DNA from: a bacterium
Lineage (GTDB): Archaea; Thermoplasmatota; E2; JACPAO01; JAHFTW01
Length of the DNA stretch: 64,000 nucleotides
Assembly: GCA_040390065.1 (NCBI GenBank)
Contig: JAZJZE010000001.1
Location: 160,001-224,000 of the forward strand
Direction of reading: 5' to 3'
The notes beneath the pieces are model-generated. The model saw only the letters and a list, made by a program, of their open reading frames with translations, was not told the origin of the DNA and ran no database searches. Each line of letters opens with the position of its first letter. The first letter of the stretch is position 1. Made by a program: the position numbers and the translations under genes. Positions 1 to 9,273 of this stretch are shown here, piece after piece.

Positions 1-170
1 GAGGTGCACGCGGCGCCAATCCGCGTCATCGGACAGCGGCATCGCGGCGCCGTCCGGGGCGGCAATCTTGCCGTCGAGGCTGCAGGCGCAGTTGAGAAGG
101 ACCCGTGGCCGTCCCACGTTGCGGGGTATGGACCGTTTGTTTAAGGAGGCGACGCGGGGTGGCCGAAGGC

Positions 171-992
171 GTGGCGGACGTCGCACCCCAACCGGCAACG
201 CCGCCGCCACCGCCCGGTCCGCCCGGGAAACTGACCCTCATCGGCGCCGGCCACGTGTTCCAGATCGAGGACGCCATCCGGCAGGCCATCCTCGCGTTGC
301 AGCCCGATGTCGTGTTCGTGGAACTCGACCGCGGCCGCCTGAACGGCCTCATCGAGAAGCGCCGGGGCAACGCGGCGCAGCCGAAGGGGGGCTTCGTGCA
401 CAAGCGCCTCGCGAAGGTGCAGGAATCGGTTGCCGGCATGTACGGCGCCGACGTCGGCGGCGAGATGCTGGGAGCCGTCGGGGCCGCGCAGCAACTTGGG
501 GCCCGTGTGTCTTTCATCGACGATGCCGCCGAGGACACGCTTCGCCGTGCCCTCTCCCAACTGACGTGGCGCGAGAAGTTCCGCGCAGTCGGCATGCTGA
601 TCGGCGGGGCCGCCAAATCAGCCATCCCGCGCAACCGGCGCAACGCCAAGGCCGACATCGAGGCCGAGATCAAGCGGTACCAGGACGACCCCGAATCCGT
701 GCTGGGCCCCGAGGGCGAGTTGGCGCGCAAGTTCCCGACCATCCACCGCATCGTCATCCGGGAACGCGACGAGAAGATGGCAAAGCGCATCCGGACGCAA
801 CTCGCAGGAATCCGCCACGGCGTCGCCGTCATCGGCGACGGGCACCTCAACGGCATGATCCCGATGCTTGCCGACCTCAAGCCGACCGTGTTCCGCCTCG
901 CCGACGTGCGCGACGGACGCCTGCCGCGGGCACTGCCGTTTGCGACGGGCACCACGGAGAAGATCGGGTTCTCCCTGCAGATTCGGACGTAG
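171..992 (+). CDS. TraB/PrgY-like family protein
   Basis: ORF 105..992 has LIGAGHV, PDVVFVELDRGR, IRERDEKMA and AVIGDGH motifs typical of TraB. GTG at 171 lies about 27 nt after TTTAA at 140. Confidence 0.75.
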   Translation: MADVAPQPATPPPPPGPPGKLTLIGAGHVFQIEDAIRQAILALQPDVVFVELDRGRLNGLIEKRRGNAAQPKGGFVHKRLAKVQESVAGMYGADVGGEMLGAVGAAQQLGARVSFIDDAAEDTLRRALSQLTWREKFRAVGMLIGGAAKSAIPRNRRNAKADIEAEIKRYQDDPESVLGPEGELARKFPTIHRIVIRERDEKMAKRIRTQLAGIRHGVAVIGDGHLNGMIPMLADLKPTVFRLADVRDGRLPRALPFATGTTEKIGFSLQIRT

Positions 993-1048
993 CGGCAGAT
1001 ACGGTGCCCACCACAACCCTCAAAACTCCCGGGGCGTGGCTTTCTCCT

Positions 1049-2158
1049 ATGCGGAACCTGTTGGCCCCCTTGGCCGTCGCCGTCATGACCTTGACAGTCC
1101 TGTCCGGCTGCTCGACGCCGCAAGCCCCCGTCGAAGCCCCCCCGATTGTCGCGCCAGCTGGCCCTGACCCGGCCGCCTACGTCGTGCCCCCCGTCCCCCA
1201 CGTGGACGCCGCCGCGCTGCTGGCCGACCACGCCGCCTTCGTCACGAAGAACAACCTGCGCGCCGACAACGTGCCGACCCACGAGTCCGCCCGCGTCGAC
1301 CTCTTGGCCCACTTCGCCTCGTACGGCCTCGACACGTACCGCTTCAACTTCACGACCGGCATTCCGCAAGCCGACATCATGGGCGTCAAGTGGGGCGTCG
1401 ACCGCGAGCACTGGGTGTTCGTCGGTGGCCACTATGACACGACGACGTGGGACAAGGCCGCCACGCACTCCATGGGCGACTCCGCCGTCAGCCAGGGCGC
1501 CTACGACGACGGCTCCGGCACCATGATCGCCGTCCACCTCGCCAAGGCCTTCAGCAACGTGACCCCGTACTACACGATTGCCTTCGTCGCCTACGACGGC
1601 GAGGAGCGCGGCATCCAAGGCGCTGCCGCAATCGTGGACGACGTGACCGGCGGCAACTCGACCGTCGCTGCCCACTTCGGCGTGCCCCGCATCACCATCG
1701 TCGGCGACCTCGACCTCGACATGGTCGGCATCAACTGGCCCGGCACGAGCGCGCCCATCGACCTCATGACCAACAGCAAGGCCCAGAGTGCCCAGATTCA
1801 CGCCCAGTGGAAGAAGCTCGGCTACCCGGACAACCAACTCATCGAGAAGGACGGCCTCAAGCTCGGATCGAGCGACTACTCCGCGTTTTGGCGCCAGGAC
1901 CAGCCGACCATCCCGACGGTCTTCTTCATCAGCGACTTCGAAGAGATCGGCGTCGGCAGCGCGCCGGATGCGGTGCAGACGCCGTTTGGCGCGTACCCGT
2001 TCTGGCACATGACGGACACTGTCGAGACGATGACGGCCATGGCCGGTGGCCCGGGCCCTCTTGAGCAAGGCTTCGACACGGCGGCCAACCTGGGCGCCTT
2101 CGTCGTGCACTCCATGGCTTGCCAGCCGCTTGTCAAGCTCGACGCCGTGGCGCGCTAG
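1049..2158 (+). CDS. M28-family metallopeptidase, lipoprotein
   Basis: Lipobox TVLSGC; GGHYDT, GAYDDGSG, DGEERG, LDMVG, SSDY and FWH zinc-peptidase motifs. Start reassigned from 68 to ATG 1049. Confidence 0.85.
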   Translation: MRNLLAPLAVAVMTLTVLSGCSTPQAPVEAPPIVAPAGPDPAAYVVPPVPHVDAAALLADHAAFVTKNNLRADNVPTHESARVDLLAHFASYGLDTYRFNFTTGIPQADIMGVKWGVDREHWVFVGGHYDTTTWDKAATHSMGDSAVSQGAYDDGSGTMIAVHLAKAFSNVTPYYTIAFVAYDGEERGIQGAAAIVDDVTGGNSTVAAHFGVPRITIVGDLDLDMVGINWPGTSAPIDLMTNSKAQSAQIHAQWKKLGYPDNQLIEKDGLKLGSSDYSAFWRQDQPTIPTVFFISDFEEIGVGSAPDAVQTPFGAYPFWHMTDTVETMTAMAGGPGPLEQGFDTAANLGAFVVHSMACQPLVKLDAVAR

Positions 2159-2187
2159 TCTCGCTGGTTAGTCCCGCCCCGCGGCTG

Positions 2188-2383
2188 CACTCAGATTTCA
2201 CAGAGGCCTCTGGGTTCATGCCGGAATGACAGGGCACTGGATGGGTACGGCCCCGACAGAATTTCGCAGATGAACTGTCGCCGCACCACGACCACGGCAG
2301 TCCATCTGGGGAATTCTGGCGGTGCCCGTCGAGTCCAGGCGCAGGCAGCAGGATCAGGCCAAGCAAATTCTGGGAAATCGGTG
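2188..2383. repeat. Nested palindromic CAGA-repeat element, copy 1
   Basis: Outer arms CAGATTTCACAGA (2192) / TCTGGGAAATCGG (2369); inner arms CAGAATTTCGCAGATG (2257) / CATCTGGGGAATTCTG (2303). Lies between convergent genes. Confidence 0.7.
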
Positions 2384-2409
2384 TCCGCCCGAGCCGAGTC
2401 CGAAGGGAA

Positions 2410-2628
2410 TCACGCCTTGCGCAGTTCGCGCAGCGTCTCGACGACGTCGCCCAGATAGGCCAACGCTTGCCCCGCGTGCCCAATCTTCTCGCGCACGTCG
2501 TTGGCCTCTTGCGCCCAAAGGAGGAGGATGCGGATGTCCTCGATGTTCTTGTTGATGGTGAGCTTGAGGGAATCCTCGTAGAGCTGGTTCTCTCGAGGCG
2601 CCGGGGGCGAACCCGGAGGCATGGCCAT
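2410..2628 (-). CDS. Small hypothetical helical protein
   Basis: 72-aa ORF with protein-like composition (LYEDSLKLTINKNIEDIRILLLWA); fills the gap after the matrixin gene. Confidence 0.6.
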   Translation of the reverse strand: MAMPPGSPPAPRENQLYEDSLKLTINKNIEDIRILLLWAQEANDVREKIGHAGQALAYLGDVVETLRELRKA

Positions 2629-2680
2629 GGAGGCGGGACGCCCAGGAGGGTCTTGAAGGGAACGGCCGGCAACCGGGCGA

Positions 2681-3445
2681 CTACGCGCCGTAGATCGACT
2701 TGATCCCCAGGATGTCGCCGTCGCCCAGCGTGCGCTTTTGGGTCTCGCCATAGTTGGCGTAGGCGTACATGGTCAGGCAGGCAATGCCGCCGCCCTTGGG
2801 GTGGTCGAGGCCGAACGTGTGCCCAATCTCGTGCGTGGCGATGTTGAGCACGTCCATGGCACCGGAGGAGCCGTCCGTCGCCCAGGCGTAGTAGGTGTTG
2901 TACTGTCCGTCCGATTCGACGGCTTGCCCCGAGTACCGGTTGTACCACGTCGTGGTGACCGCGATGGTGGTCGAGGCGCCGAGGGACACGAAGTCAATCT
3001 GGTTCACGCCGTCGAAGGTGCCCGCCGCGGCCGTGGAGCCAGCCGTGACGCCCGCGAAGATGCTGGCGGCGGTCTGCCCGTCCCAAGTCTGGCCTGCCGC
3101 ATCGAAGAGGCTCGCGTACGAGGATGCCGTGGCGGAATACGGGGCCGCCCAAGCCCAGCCGGCCTTGCGGAAGTTGTCGGGCTCGCAGTCGGTGCCGGGA
3201 TCGCTGCCGCCGCCGCCTCCACCCCCGCCGCCGCCACTGGGCCGTGCGTTGCTATCCGTGTGACGGTAGAATCGTTCGAATGCAATCGCGTCATTGTCGC
3301 TCCGGACGCCCTTCTCCCAGACAAGGCGGCCATCTTGGTCGTAGCCGCGCTCCGTCACCCGGTCCGAACCATGGGGCGATGCGCCCGCCGGAACCGCGAG
3401 CGGCAAGAGGAACAGAGCAACGAGAAGGGGGGCGGTTCGCAGCAT
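2681..3445 (-). CDS. Secreted matrixin/metzincin metalloprotease
   Basis: Signal peptide, HEIGHTFGLDH zinc motif, Met-turn LTMY, poly-Gly linker. Confidence 0.9.
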   Translation of the reverse strand: MLRTAPLLVALFLLPLAVPAGASPHGSDRVTERGYDQDGRLVWEKGVRSDNDAIAFERFYRHTDSNARPSGGGGGGGGGGSDPGTDCEPDNFRKAGWAWAAPYSATASSYASLFDAAGQTWDGQTAASIFAGVTAGSTAAAGTFDGVNQIDFVSLGASTTIAVTTTWYNRYSGQAVESDGQYNTYYAWATDGSSGAMDVLNIATHEIGHTFGLDHPKGGGIACLTMYAYANYGETQKRTLGDGDILGIKSIYGA

Positions 3446-3674
3446 GGCAACCGACCCTGATTCGGCCCGGCGCCCTCTTAACGGTTCGGGCGCGAATCCA
3501 TATCATCGAGGGTGACAGACGTCCTACCAAACCGGTCGACCGCCGGCACGGGGGCAAGGTCGGCCCAACCGCGGGGTATGCCCCTGGGGTACGTCAGTCA
3601 TGCCGCCGGCGGGGGGCATGGCCGTTTCCTCGGGTTTCGCCCCGCGAATCCCTATTCGCCCACGCCTTCGTAAT

Positions 3675-3816
3675 CTCCGCGTCGCTTCGCTCGCTACGGG
3701 CTCAGAGGGATTCGAACCCCATCGGACGGCCCTTGCGGGCCGCCCTGCGGGGTCCGATTCCCGTCTTGCCCTCCGCATCGCTTCGCTCGCTACGGGCTCA
3801 GAGGGATTCGAACCCC
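3675..3816. repeat. 46-bp direct repeat of tRNA-Arg 3' end plus trailer
   Basis: 3675-3720 and 3771-3816 are identical except for one base; the 50-bp spacer folds into a branched hairpin. Confidence 0.95.
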
Positions 3817-3866
3817 CGTCTGCGGGTCCGAAGCCCGCCAGTCTATCCAAGCTAGCCTATGAGCCC
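3793..3866 (-). tRNA. tRNA-Arg(TCG)
   Basis: GGGCTCA/TGAGCCC acceptor stem, GCGGG-CT-TCG-GA-CCCGC anticodon arm, GTTCGAATC T loop; no encoded CCA. Confidence 0.95.
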
Positions 3867-4013
3867 AGCGAAGCTGGCGAGTCAGGCGCTGCGGATAATG
3901 GCTGCGGGCTATGCCCGCCGGTCTGCGACTGGCATCGTGGCGCAGCCGATGTCGGTCGCAGCGAGGCCGCAGGCCGAGCGGACCGGTCGGTGCCGCGTGC
4001 GGCACCGGGCGGG

Positions 4014-4037
4014 ATCCAAGCCAGCCTATAGGCCCAG
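4014..4037 (-). repeat. Degenerate copy of tRNA-Arg 5' end
   Basis: ATCCAAGCCAGCCTATAGGCCCAG versus 3845-3868 ATCCAAGCTAGCCTATGAGCCCAG, 21/24 identical. Confidence 0.8.
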
Positions 4038-4072
4038 GGAAAAAACGAGGGGGAGGAAAGGGAAAAGGGAAT
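4037..4072 (-). terminator. Pyrimidine/oligo-T tract after rps3ae
   Basis: Minus strand reads TTCCCTTTTCCCTTTCCTCCCCCTCGTTTTTTCC right after the stop; archaeal-type terminator. Confidence 0.55.
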
Positions 4073-4081
4073 CGGACGGGC

Positions 4082-4858
4082 TTACTCTTCGTCGTCTTCC
4101 TCGTCGTCCTCGTCGTCGCCGGCGGTGAGGTCCTCGACTTTCTTCGCCTTCTCGGCTTCGATCTCGGCGAGTTGGTCGACGACGGGGGCGCCCTCTTCGC
4201 CGGGGGCGACGGGGGCGGCGGGTTCCTGGATCCTGATGACTGGGGTCTCGTCCGTCTCGATGGAGGGGGCCGTGAGCATCTCGGACTTGCCGATCTCGAC
4301 GCGGCGCACCGGGTGGATCTTGCGGGCTTCCTTGAACATGACGTTCGTTAGTTCGCCAAGCAGGATGTCGGCCAGGAAGCCGGAAAGAGTGTTGCGTTCG
4401 GCCGATTCCGTGAGGATGCGGCCCATGATGCGGCGGATCTCCTGCGACTGCGTCGTCTGGCAGCGGCGGTCGGTGACGGCGAATGGCTTGACGCGGATGC
4501 GCGAGCCGTCCTTCGTCTTGAGGTCGAAGACCGCGGGGATCTTCGAGTTGCCGCGGCGGGTGAGGCGGCGGATGTAGTCGGACGTCATCGTGTGGCCGAC
4601 GTACTGCGTCTTGGCGTTGAGGTCGACGACCTCGGAGACCTGGAAGTTGAGCTTGATGTGCATCTGCTTCATGTCGCCGGTGAGTTCGCTGAGCGTGACC
4701 TCGACGGTGCGGCCGGCGAGCTTCTCGGGTTCGTCGGCGAGGGTCTCGGCCAGGGTGGCGTTGTTGAACGATGCCGGGGCGGTGACCTTGTACCAGTTCT
4801 TTGCCTTCCACTTGTCTTTCGTGCGTCGGGCGGCGACGCGGGCGCGGGCGAGGGCCAT
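4082..4858 (-). CDS. rps3ae: 30S ribosomal protein S3Ae (eS1)
   Basis: KDKWKAKNWYKVTAP, GHTMTSDYIRRLTRR, IHPVRRVEIGK; acidic tail. Confidence 0.95.
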   Translation of the reverse strand: MALARARVAARRTKDKWKAKNWYKVTAPASFNNATLAETLADEPEKLAGRTVEVTLSELTGDMKQMHIKLNFQVSEVVDLNAKTQYVGHTMTSDYIRRLTRRGNSKIPAVFDLKTKDGSRIRVKPFAVTDRRCQTTQSQEIRRIMGRILTESAERNTLSGFLADILLGELTNVMFKEARKIHPVRRVEIGKSEMLTAPSIETDETPVIRIQEPAAPVAPGEEGAPVVDQLAEIEAEKAKKVEDLTAGDDEDDEEDDEE

Positions 4859-4933
4859 GGCTCGGCCGACATGCACCCCCTATTTCAAACGACTGTCCCA
4901 AACTTGATACAATCGTTTGTGGTCCGATGCGTC

Positions 4934-5245
4934 ATGCTGGTGGAAAATCCCCTGCTCGCGTTCCTGGGGCGGCGTGGCCGCGGCGCCGTCGTGGAGGCGC
5001 TGCGCCGCAATCCGGCTCGCCTCTGGTCCGTCCGGGATTTGGCGCGTTTTGCCGACGTGGCCCCGATGGTCGCAAGCCGCGCGGCTCGCGAGTTGCAGGC
5101 GCTTGGCGCACTCGACGTCGTACGACCCGGGCGCGAGGTCCGCATGCGGTTCCTCCCGGATTCGCCGGCCGGATTCTTCCTGGCCAACCTCGAAGTGCCC
5201 GACGTCGTGCCGGCGCGAACGCCGCCTATGCGCCGAAATTCTTGA
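4934..5245 (+). CDS. Small winged-helix protein
   Basis: WSVRDLARFADVAPMVASRAARELQALGAL followed by a beta-wing. Confidence 0.65.
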   Translation: MLVENPLLAFLGRRGRGAVVEALRRNPARLWSVRDLARFADVAPMVASRAARELQALGALDVVRPGREVRMRFLPDSPAGFFLANLEVPDVVPARTPPMRRNS

Positions 5246-5438
5246 AGAGGTACTGCACGCCGAGGTAGATGAGGACGCCAATGCCCACCACGATGGCCAC
5301 TTTCACGAGAGTGATGGCCGTCCGGATGAGGAGCATGCCGATGACGATGACCGCAAGGAAGAAGATCCACGACCATGGGATCGTGAAGTCGCCAACCTTG
5401 AAGCCGCCGTCCAGGAGCACCGTCGCAAACCCTTGCAT
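5226..5438 (-). CDS. Small two-helix membrane protein
   Basis: 70 aa with two hydrophobic segments. Confidence 0.65.
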   Translation of the reverse strand: MQGFATVLLDGGFKVGDFTIPWSWIFFLAVIVIGMLLIRTAITLVKVAIVVGIGVLIYLGVQYLFKNFGA

Positions 5439-5514
5439 ACGAGGGAAGGGGTGGGCGTCCCTTTGAACTCTCCGACGCCATCAACCTTTTACGGCCCGGG
5501 GCGCGTCGACCGGT

Positions 5515-6879
5515 GTGGCGGGTGTGCGGCGCTGTTTGTCCTGTGGCATGGACGTCGTTGCCAGCGCGCGCACGACGGGGCCAGTGCGCTGCCCGAAATG
5601 CCACGCGACCTTTGGCGTCGCGGTCCGCTTCGTCCCCGACGATCCCACCCTGGCCACGGTCTCGGCAACGCGCGCCGCCCCGCGGGTCCTGCCTCCGCTC
5701 CAAGCCCGGCCTCCGCGCCGCGCCAAGTCCGGACAAGGCGCATTGGCGGCGCTCGCCGTCCTGCTTCTCGTCGCGGGCGGCACGCTCATCGCCATCGCGC
5801 ATCCGTGGGACGCGGGGAGCATCCTGCCTGGCGTCGGCGGCGGCGATGGCCTGCGCGGCGACGGCGGCCGGCTTCCCGGAGGCCGGGGAGAGCCACCGGC
5901 GGACGCGGTCGACGGCATCTACCACCGCACCTATTCGTGGTCCTACGGCGGCACCGATTGGACCTTCAAGCTCAACATCCCGAAAACGGATTACGATTCG
6001 TTCCACGACGTGGACCCCCGGCCGAGCCGCATCGTCGAACGCAACGGCGCGCTCTACAGGCAGATGGCGTACGACGTCTTCGTGACCACGCCGCTTGACG
6101 ACGCCTACATGCAGGAACTTGCAGACCAACTCCACACCGCGGCGCAGGGCAAGGGCTGGAGCGATGACCAGACGCTGTCGTTCGCGTTGTCGTTCGTGCA
6201 GTCGTTGCCGTACACCTCGGATCGGGTCACGACGGGGTTCGACGAATGGCCTCGCTACCCACTCGAGACGCTCGTGGACAACGGCGGCGACTGCGAGGAC
6301 ACGTCCATCCTGTACGCCAGCCTGGTGCAGGCCCTCGGCTACGGCGCCATCCTCGTGTCGCCCCCCAACCACATGGCCGTCGGCGTCAAGGCGCAAAGCG
6401 GCGTTTCCGGGATCTCCTACCAGTACCAGGGCAGCTCGTACCTCTACGCCGAGACGACGGGGGAGGGCTGGGCGCTGGGCGAGGCCCCGCCTGAGTACGG
6501 CGATGCGACGGTGCAGATCTTCGACCTCGTGCCCAAACCGCTGTTCTCGCTCAAGGTCTCGTACAACCCGAACGTGGTCGGTGGCATGCAGGAACTCACC
6601 CTGAACGCGACGGCGATCGGGTCGGCCCTGGCCGACGGTGTCGAACTCACGGCGCAAGTCACGTCGGGTCGCACGACGTACGACACGCAAACCTGTGCGG
6701 CCGTGATCATCGCACCGGGGCACTACGCCACGTGCCTGCTTCGGCTCGACCTTCGCAAGGTGCCCCGTGGCCAGGAAGTCCTGATCGAGAGCAAGGTTCT
6801 GGACTCCGGCGATTCCGGCACGTTGTACGCGCGCCAGGATTCCGCGCCGTGGGTTCCCTGCAACCACAGCCGATGTTGA
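5515..6879 (+). CDS. Membrane-anchored transglutaminase-like cysteine protease with N-terminal zinc ribbon
   Basis: CLSC...CPKC ribbon, TM helix, then GGDCED, NHMAVG and YAETT catalytic-type motifs. Confidence 0.75.
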   Translation: MAGVRRCLSCGMDVVASARTTGPVRCPKCHATFGVAVRFVPDDPTLATVSATRAAPRVLPPLQARPPRRAKSGQGALAALAVLLLVAGGTLIAIAHPWDAGSILPGVGGGDGLRGDGGRLPGGRGEPPADAVDGIYHRTYSWSYGGTDWTFKLNIPKTDYDSFHDVDPRPSRIVERNGALYRQMAYDVFVTTPLDDAYMQELADQLHTAAQGKGWSDDQTLSFALSFVQSLPYTSDRVTTGFDEWPRYPLETLVDNGGDCEDTSILYASLVQALGYGAILVSPPNHMAVGVKAQSGVSGISYQYQGSSYLYAETTGEGWALGEAPPEYGDATVQIFDLVPKPLFSLKVSYNPNVVGGMQELTLNATAIGSALADGVELTAQVTSGRTTYDTQTCAAVIIAPGHYATCLLRLDLRKVPRGQEVLIESKVLDSGDSGTLYARQDSAPWVPCNHSRC

Positions 6880-6885
6880 TGGTGT

Positions 6886-7932
6886 CTAGCGCTTCGTCGT
6901 CTTGCGCACGGTCGGCAGCGTGTCCGGGGCACCTTTGACCCGGGGCTGCGTGTCGCGCCTTGCGGCGACAAGCCGGGCCGTCGGCGGCTGATAGCTGCGG
7001 TGGCTCGGGCAGTACTTGCTGCCCGTCCGGGACGTGTTGCGGCACTGGGCGCCGGCCGCCGTGATGGCAAGGCACTGCTCGCCCGGGATGATGGAGGTCG
7101 AGCGGCCCCGCACCGAGAGGAGGGCGTCGTCCGAGACGTCGTTGGCTGGCGTCGTGTCCAACATTTGCGCGAGCTTGCGTGCCCCAGGTGGCTGGTATCC
7201 CTTGTGGCTGGCGCAGTATTTGCTTGAGCCGCGCGTCGAGTTGCGGCACTGCGACCCATCTGTCGTGATGGCGGAGCATTGCGGGTGGTAGCCGTCATCG
7301 GATGACGGGGCTGCCTTCTTTGGCGGGCTCCGGGTCGGCGTGGAGACGCTGCGGCGCAGGAAGGGCAATCCGGTCTTGCTGTTCGCGCCGACCTCGTAGC
7401 CGGCCGGCATCGCACAAGGGACGCCCGACTTGGGCTTCGCCTTGGCGAAGAAGTACTGCGGCGAGCCATTGGCCGTGTGGCGGACGTGCAGCGTGTACCC
7501 GTTGTACGTGAAGACATCGTCCGCAGCGGGCGTGGTTTCGATCGCGAGCGCCATCGGGGCCGACGCAGGTGCAGACTCTGCCGTGCGGTGGACGCGAACC
7601 TGGACGCCCATGGAATCGGAGATGGCACCATTGGCGGCCATCACGTAAGGCGCATTGCAACCGGCGCATCGCACGGTCTGCGGCCTTGTCGTGAAGAGTT
7701 GGACGCTTTCGCCGCAACGCGAGCACGGGAAGTGCACGCGCGCCTGCGGAACTTCAAGGAAGACGTGCTGGACGCCGCCGAAGAAGGACTTGCGTACCAG
7801 CACGGCGCCGCGCTTCGTGTTGGCAAGGACGCGGCGCGACCCGATCGTCGTCGCATTGACGATGGTGGTGCCGGCGGGAAGGTTCTGCTGGAGATGGGAC
7901 TCGGCCCAGTCGGGAATCGGGTTGGCAGGCAT
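6886..7932 (-). CDS. Uncharacterised multi-zinc-finger protein A (shared N-domain + Zn ribbon + small basic domain + 2x CX9CX10CX2H)
   Basis: GAGGT ribosome-binding site; clear homology to 8431-9273 and to the N-terminus of 9270-10679. Confidence 0.85.
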   Translation of the reverse strand: MPANPIPDWAESHLQQNLPAGTTIVNATTIGSRRVLANTKRGAVLVRKSFFGGVQHVFLEVPQARVHFPCSRCGESVQLFTTRPQTVRCAGCNAPYVMAANGAISDSMGVQVRVHRTAESAPASAPMALAIETTPAADDVFTYNGYTLHVRHTANGSPQYFFAKAKPKSGVPCAMPAGYEVGANSKTGLPFLRRSVSTPTRSPPKKAAPSSDDGYHPQCSAITTDGSQCRNSTRGSSKYCASHKGYQPPGARKLAQMLDTTPANDVSDDALLSVRGRSTSIIPGEQCLAITAAGAQCRNTSRTGSKYCPSHRSYQPPTARLVAARRDTQPRVKGAPDTLPTVRKTTKR

Positions 7933-7987
7933 GGTGGACCTCGGCGCCCGTTGGCATGGGCATCGCCCATATACGGCTGCCGTCGCC

Positions 7988-8434
7988 TCAGAACAGGATG
8001 CCGCGCAGAGTCTCCGCGAAGTAGTCCAGGTCGAACGGCTTGGCGATGAAGAGGCGCACGCCGAAGTCGCGCGTCGCCTGGACGACGAGGGCGGGGTCGG
8101 GGAAGGCCGAGATCATGATGCTGGGCGTGCCGGGGCGGACGCGGGCCGCCTCGTCCAGGAACTCGAGTCCGTTCATGCGTGGCATCTTGAAGTCCGTCAC
8201 GATGAGGTCGATGGCCTGCCGGCGCAGGATGTCCAAGCCCTGCATGCCAGACGTTGCGGTCGCCACCTCGACCGACGGCAGCGCTTGACCCAGGGCGCGC
8301 TTGATCGAGTCGACGACGTCGGGCTCGTCGTCGACGACGAGGACGCGGGCGCGGCGGGTCTTGGGCAGGGCCATGGGCGGCAGCGTCGTCTTCCCGGGGG
8401 CCGCTGGCTTGGGGCGGCCCGCGGGTTGGTTCAC
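7988..8434 (-). CDS. Stand-alone response regulator (REC only)
   Basis: VLVVDDE, IVTDFKMP phosphoacceptor, MISA, KPF. GTG overlaps the upstream stop (alternative ATG 8374). Confidence 0.9.
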   Translation of the reverse strand: MNQPAGRPKPAAPGKTTLPPMALPKTRRARVLVVDDEPDVVDSIKRALGQALPSVEVATATSGMQGLDILRRQAIDLIVTDFKMPRMNGLEFLDEAARVRPGTPSIMISAFPDPALVVQATRDFGVRLFIAKPFDLDYFAETLRGILF

Positions 8435-9273
8435 GGCGTCGCCTTCCGGCGGACGCTCGGGAGCGTGTCCGGTGCGGCCTTGACGCGGGGCAGCGTGTCC
8501 TCGCGCTGGGCCGCGGCCTTGGCGATGGCGGGCGGCTGGTAGCCGAAGTGGCTGGCGCAGTACTTGGATTCGTGGCGCGCCGAGTTGCGGCACTGGTGGC
8601 CGTCGCTCGTCAGGGCGGCGCACTGCGGCCTGTAGTGGTGCTCGGCTTCGGGGGTCAAGTCCTCGCCGTCGGGGGCCGTACCCTTCTTGAGGAACGGCAG
8701 GCCGGTCTTCTCGTTGACGCCGACGTGGTATCCCGCCGGCTTCGCACACGGTGCACCCGACCGGGGCTTCGACTTGGCGAAGAAGTAGATTGTCCGCGAG
8801 CCGCCGTTCTTGAGTTCGACCATGCGGCCGTGCAGGGTGAAGCCGTTGAACATGAACGGTCCCGCGGCCGTGGGGCTAGCCGGTGCAGTGCGCTCGCCGG
8901 TCGCGGGCAGCGTCGCAAGGCCGGGGGTCCACGACAGGCGGTCCTTGATCTCCGGAAGGCCACTCGTGTCGATGGCGTACTTGCTGCCGCAGATGCCGCA
9001 ATGCACCAGCGCTGGCAGGTCGAGGCGGCGGAACTCGAGTTGCTCCTGGCAGACGACGCATTGGAAGTTGACGCGTTCGCGTGGGTTGGCAAGAAGCTCG
9101 TGGCGCGGCTCGCCGAACCAGCGCTTCGTCACGACGACGGCGCCGATGCGGGTGTTGGCGACGACGACGCCGCGGCGGTGCACGGCGGCATTGAGGAGGA
9201 CGGCGTCCGCGGGCAGGTTTTCTTTCAGGTGGTTGAGAGCCCAGGCGGGCAGGTTGGTCTCGGGCATGGTCAT
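8431..9273 (-). CDS. Uncharacterised zinc-finger protein B (paralogue of A, one CX9CX10CX2H)
   Basis: ATGA overlap with the kinase stop; same domain order as protein A. Confidence 0.85.
   Translation of the reverse strand: MTMPETNLPAWALNHLKENLPADAVLLNAAVHRRGVVVANTRIGAVVVTKRWFGEPRHELLANPRERVNFQCVVCQEQLEFRRLDLPALVHCGICGSKYAIDTSGLPEIKDRLSWTPGLATLPATGERTAPASPTAAGPFMFNGFTLHGRMVELKNGGSRTIYFFAKSKPRSGAPCAKPAGYHVGVNEKTGLPFLKKGTAPDGEDLTPEAEHHYRPQCAALTSDGHQCRNSARHESKYCASHFGYQPPAIAKAAAQREDTLPRVKAAPDTLPSVRRKATP

Noticed and set aside
26-2110. Long antisense/alternate-frame ORFs here and throughout (e.g. 4885-6867, 37526-39658, 48619-50682, 57258-60185)
   Set aside because: Shadow ORFs of high-GC coding genes; Arg/Gly/Val-rich, motif-free and fully overlapping well-supported genes.
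3675-3816. Repeat-spacer-repeat resembling a mini CRISPR array
   Set aside because: Only two units, the repeat is the tRNA 3' end plus trailer, and there are no cas genes in the window.
3793-4037. Split or permuted tRNA assembled from the 5' and 3' copies
   Set aside because: An intact tRNA gene is present, the copies lack an anticodon arm, and no bulge-helix-bulge junctions are evident.
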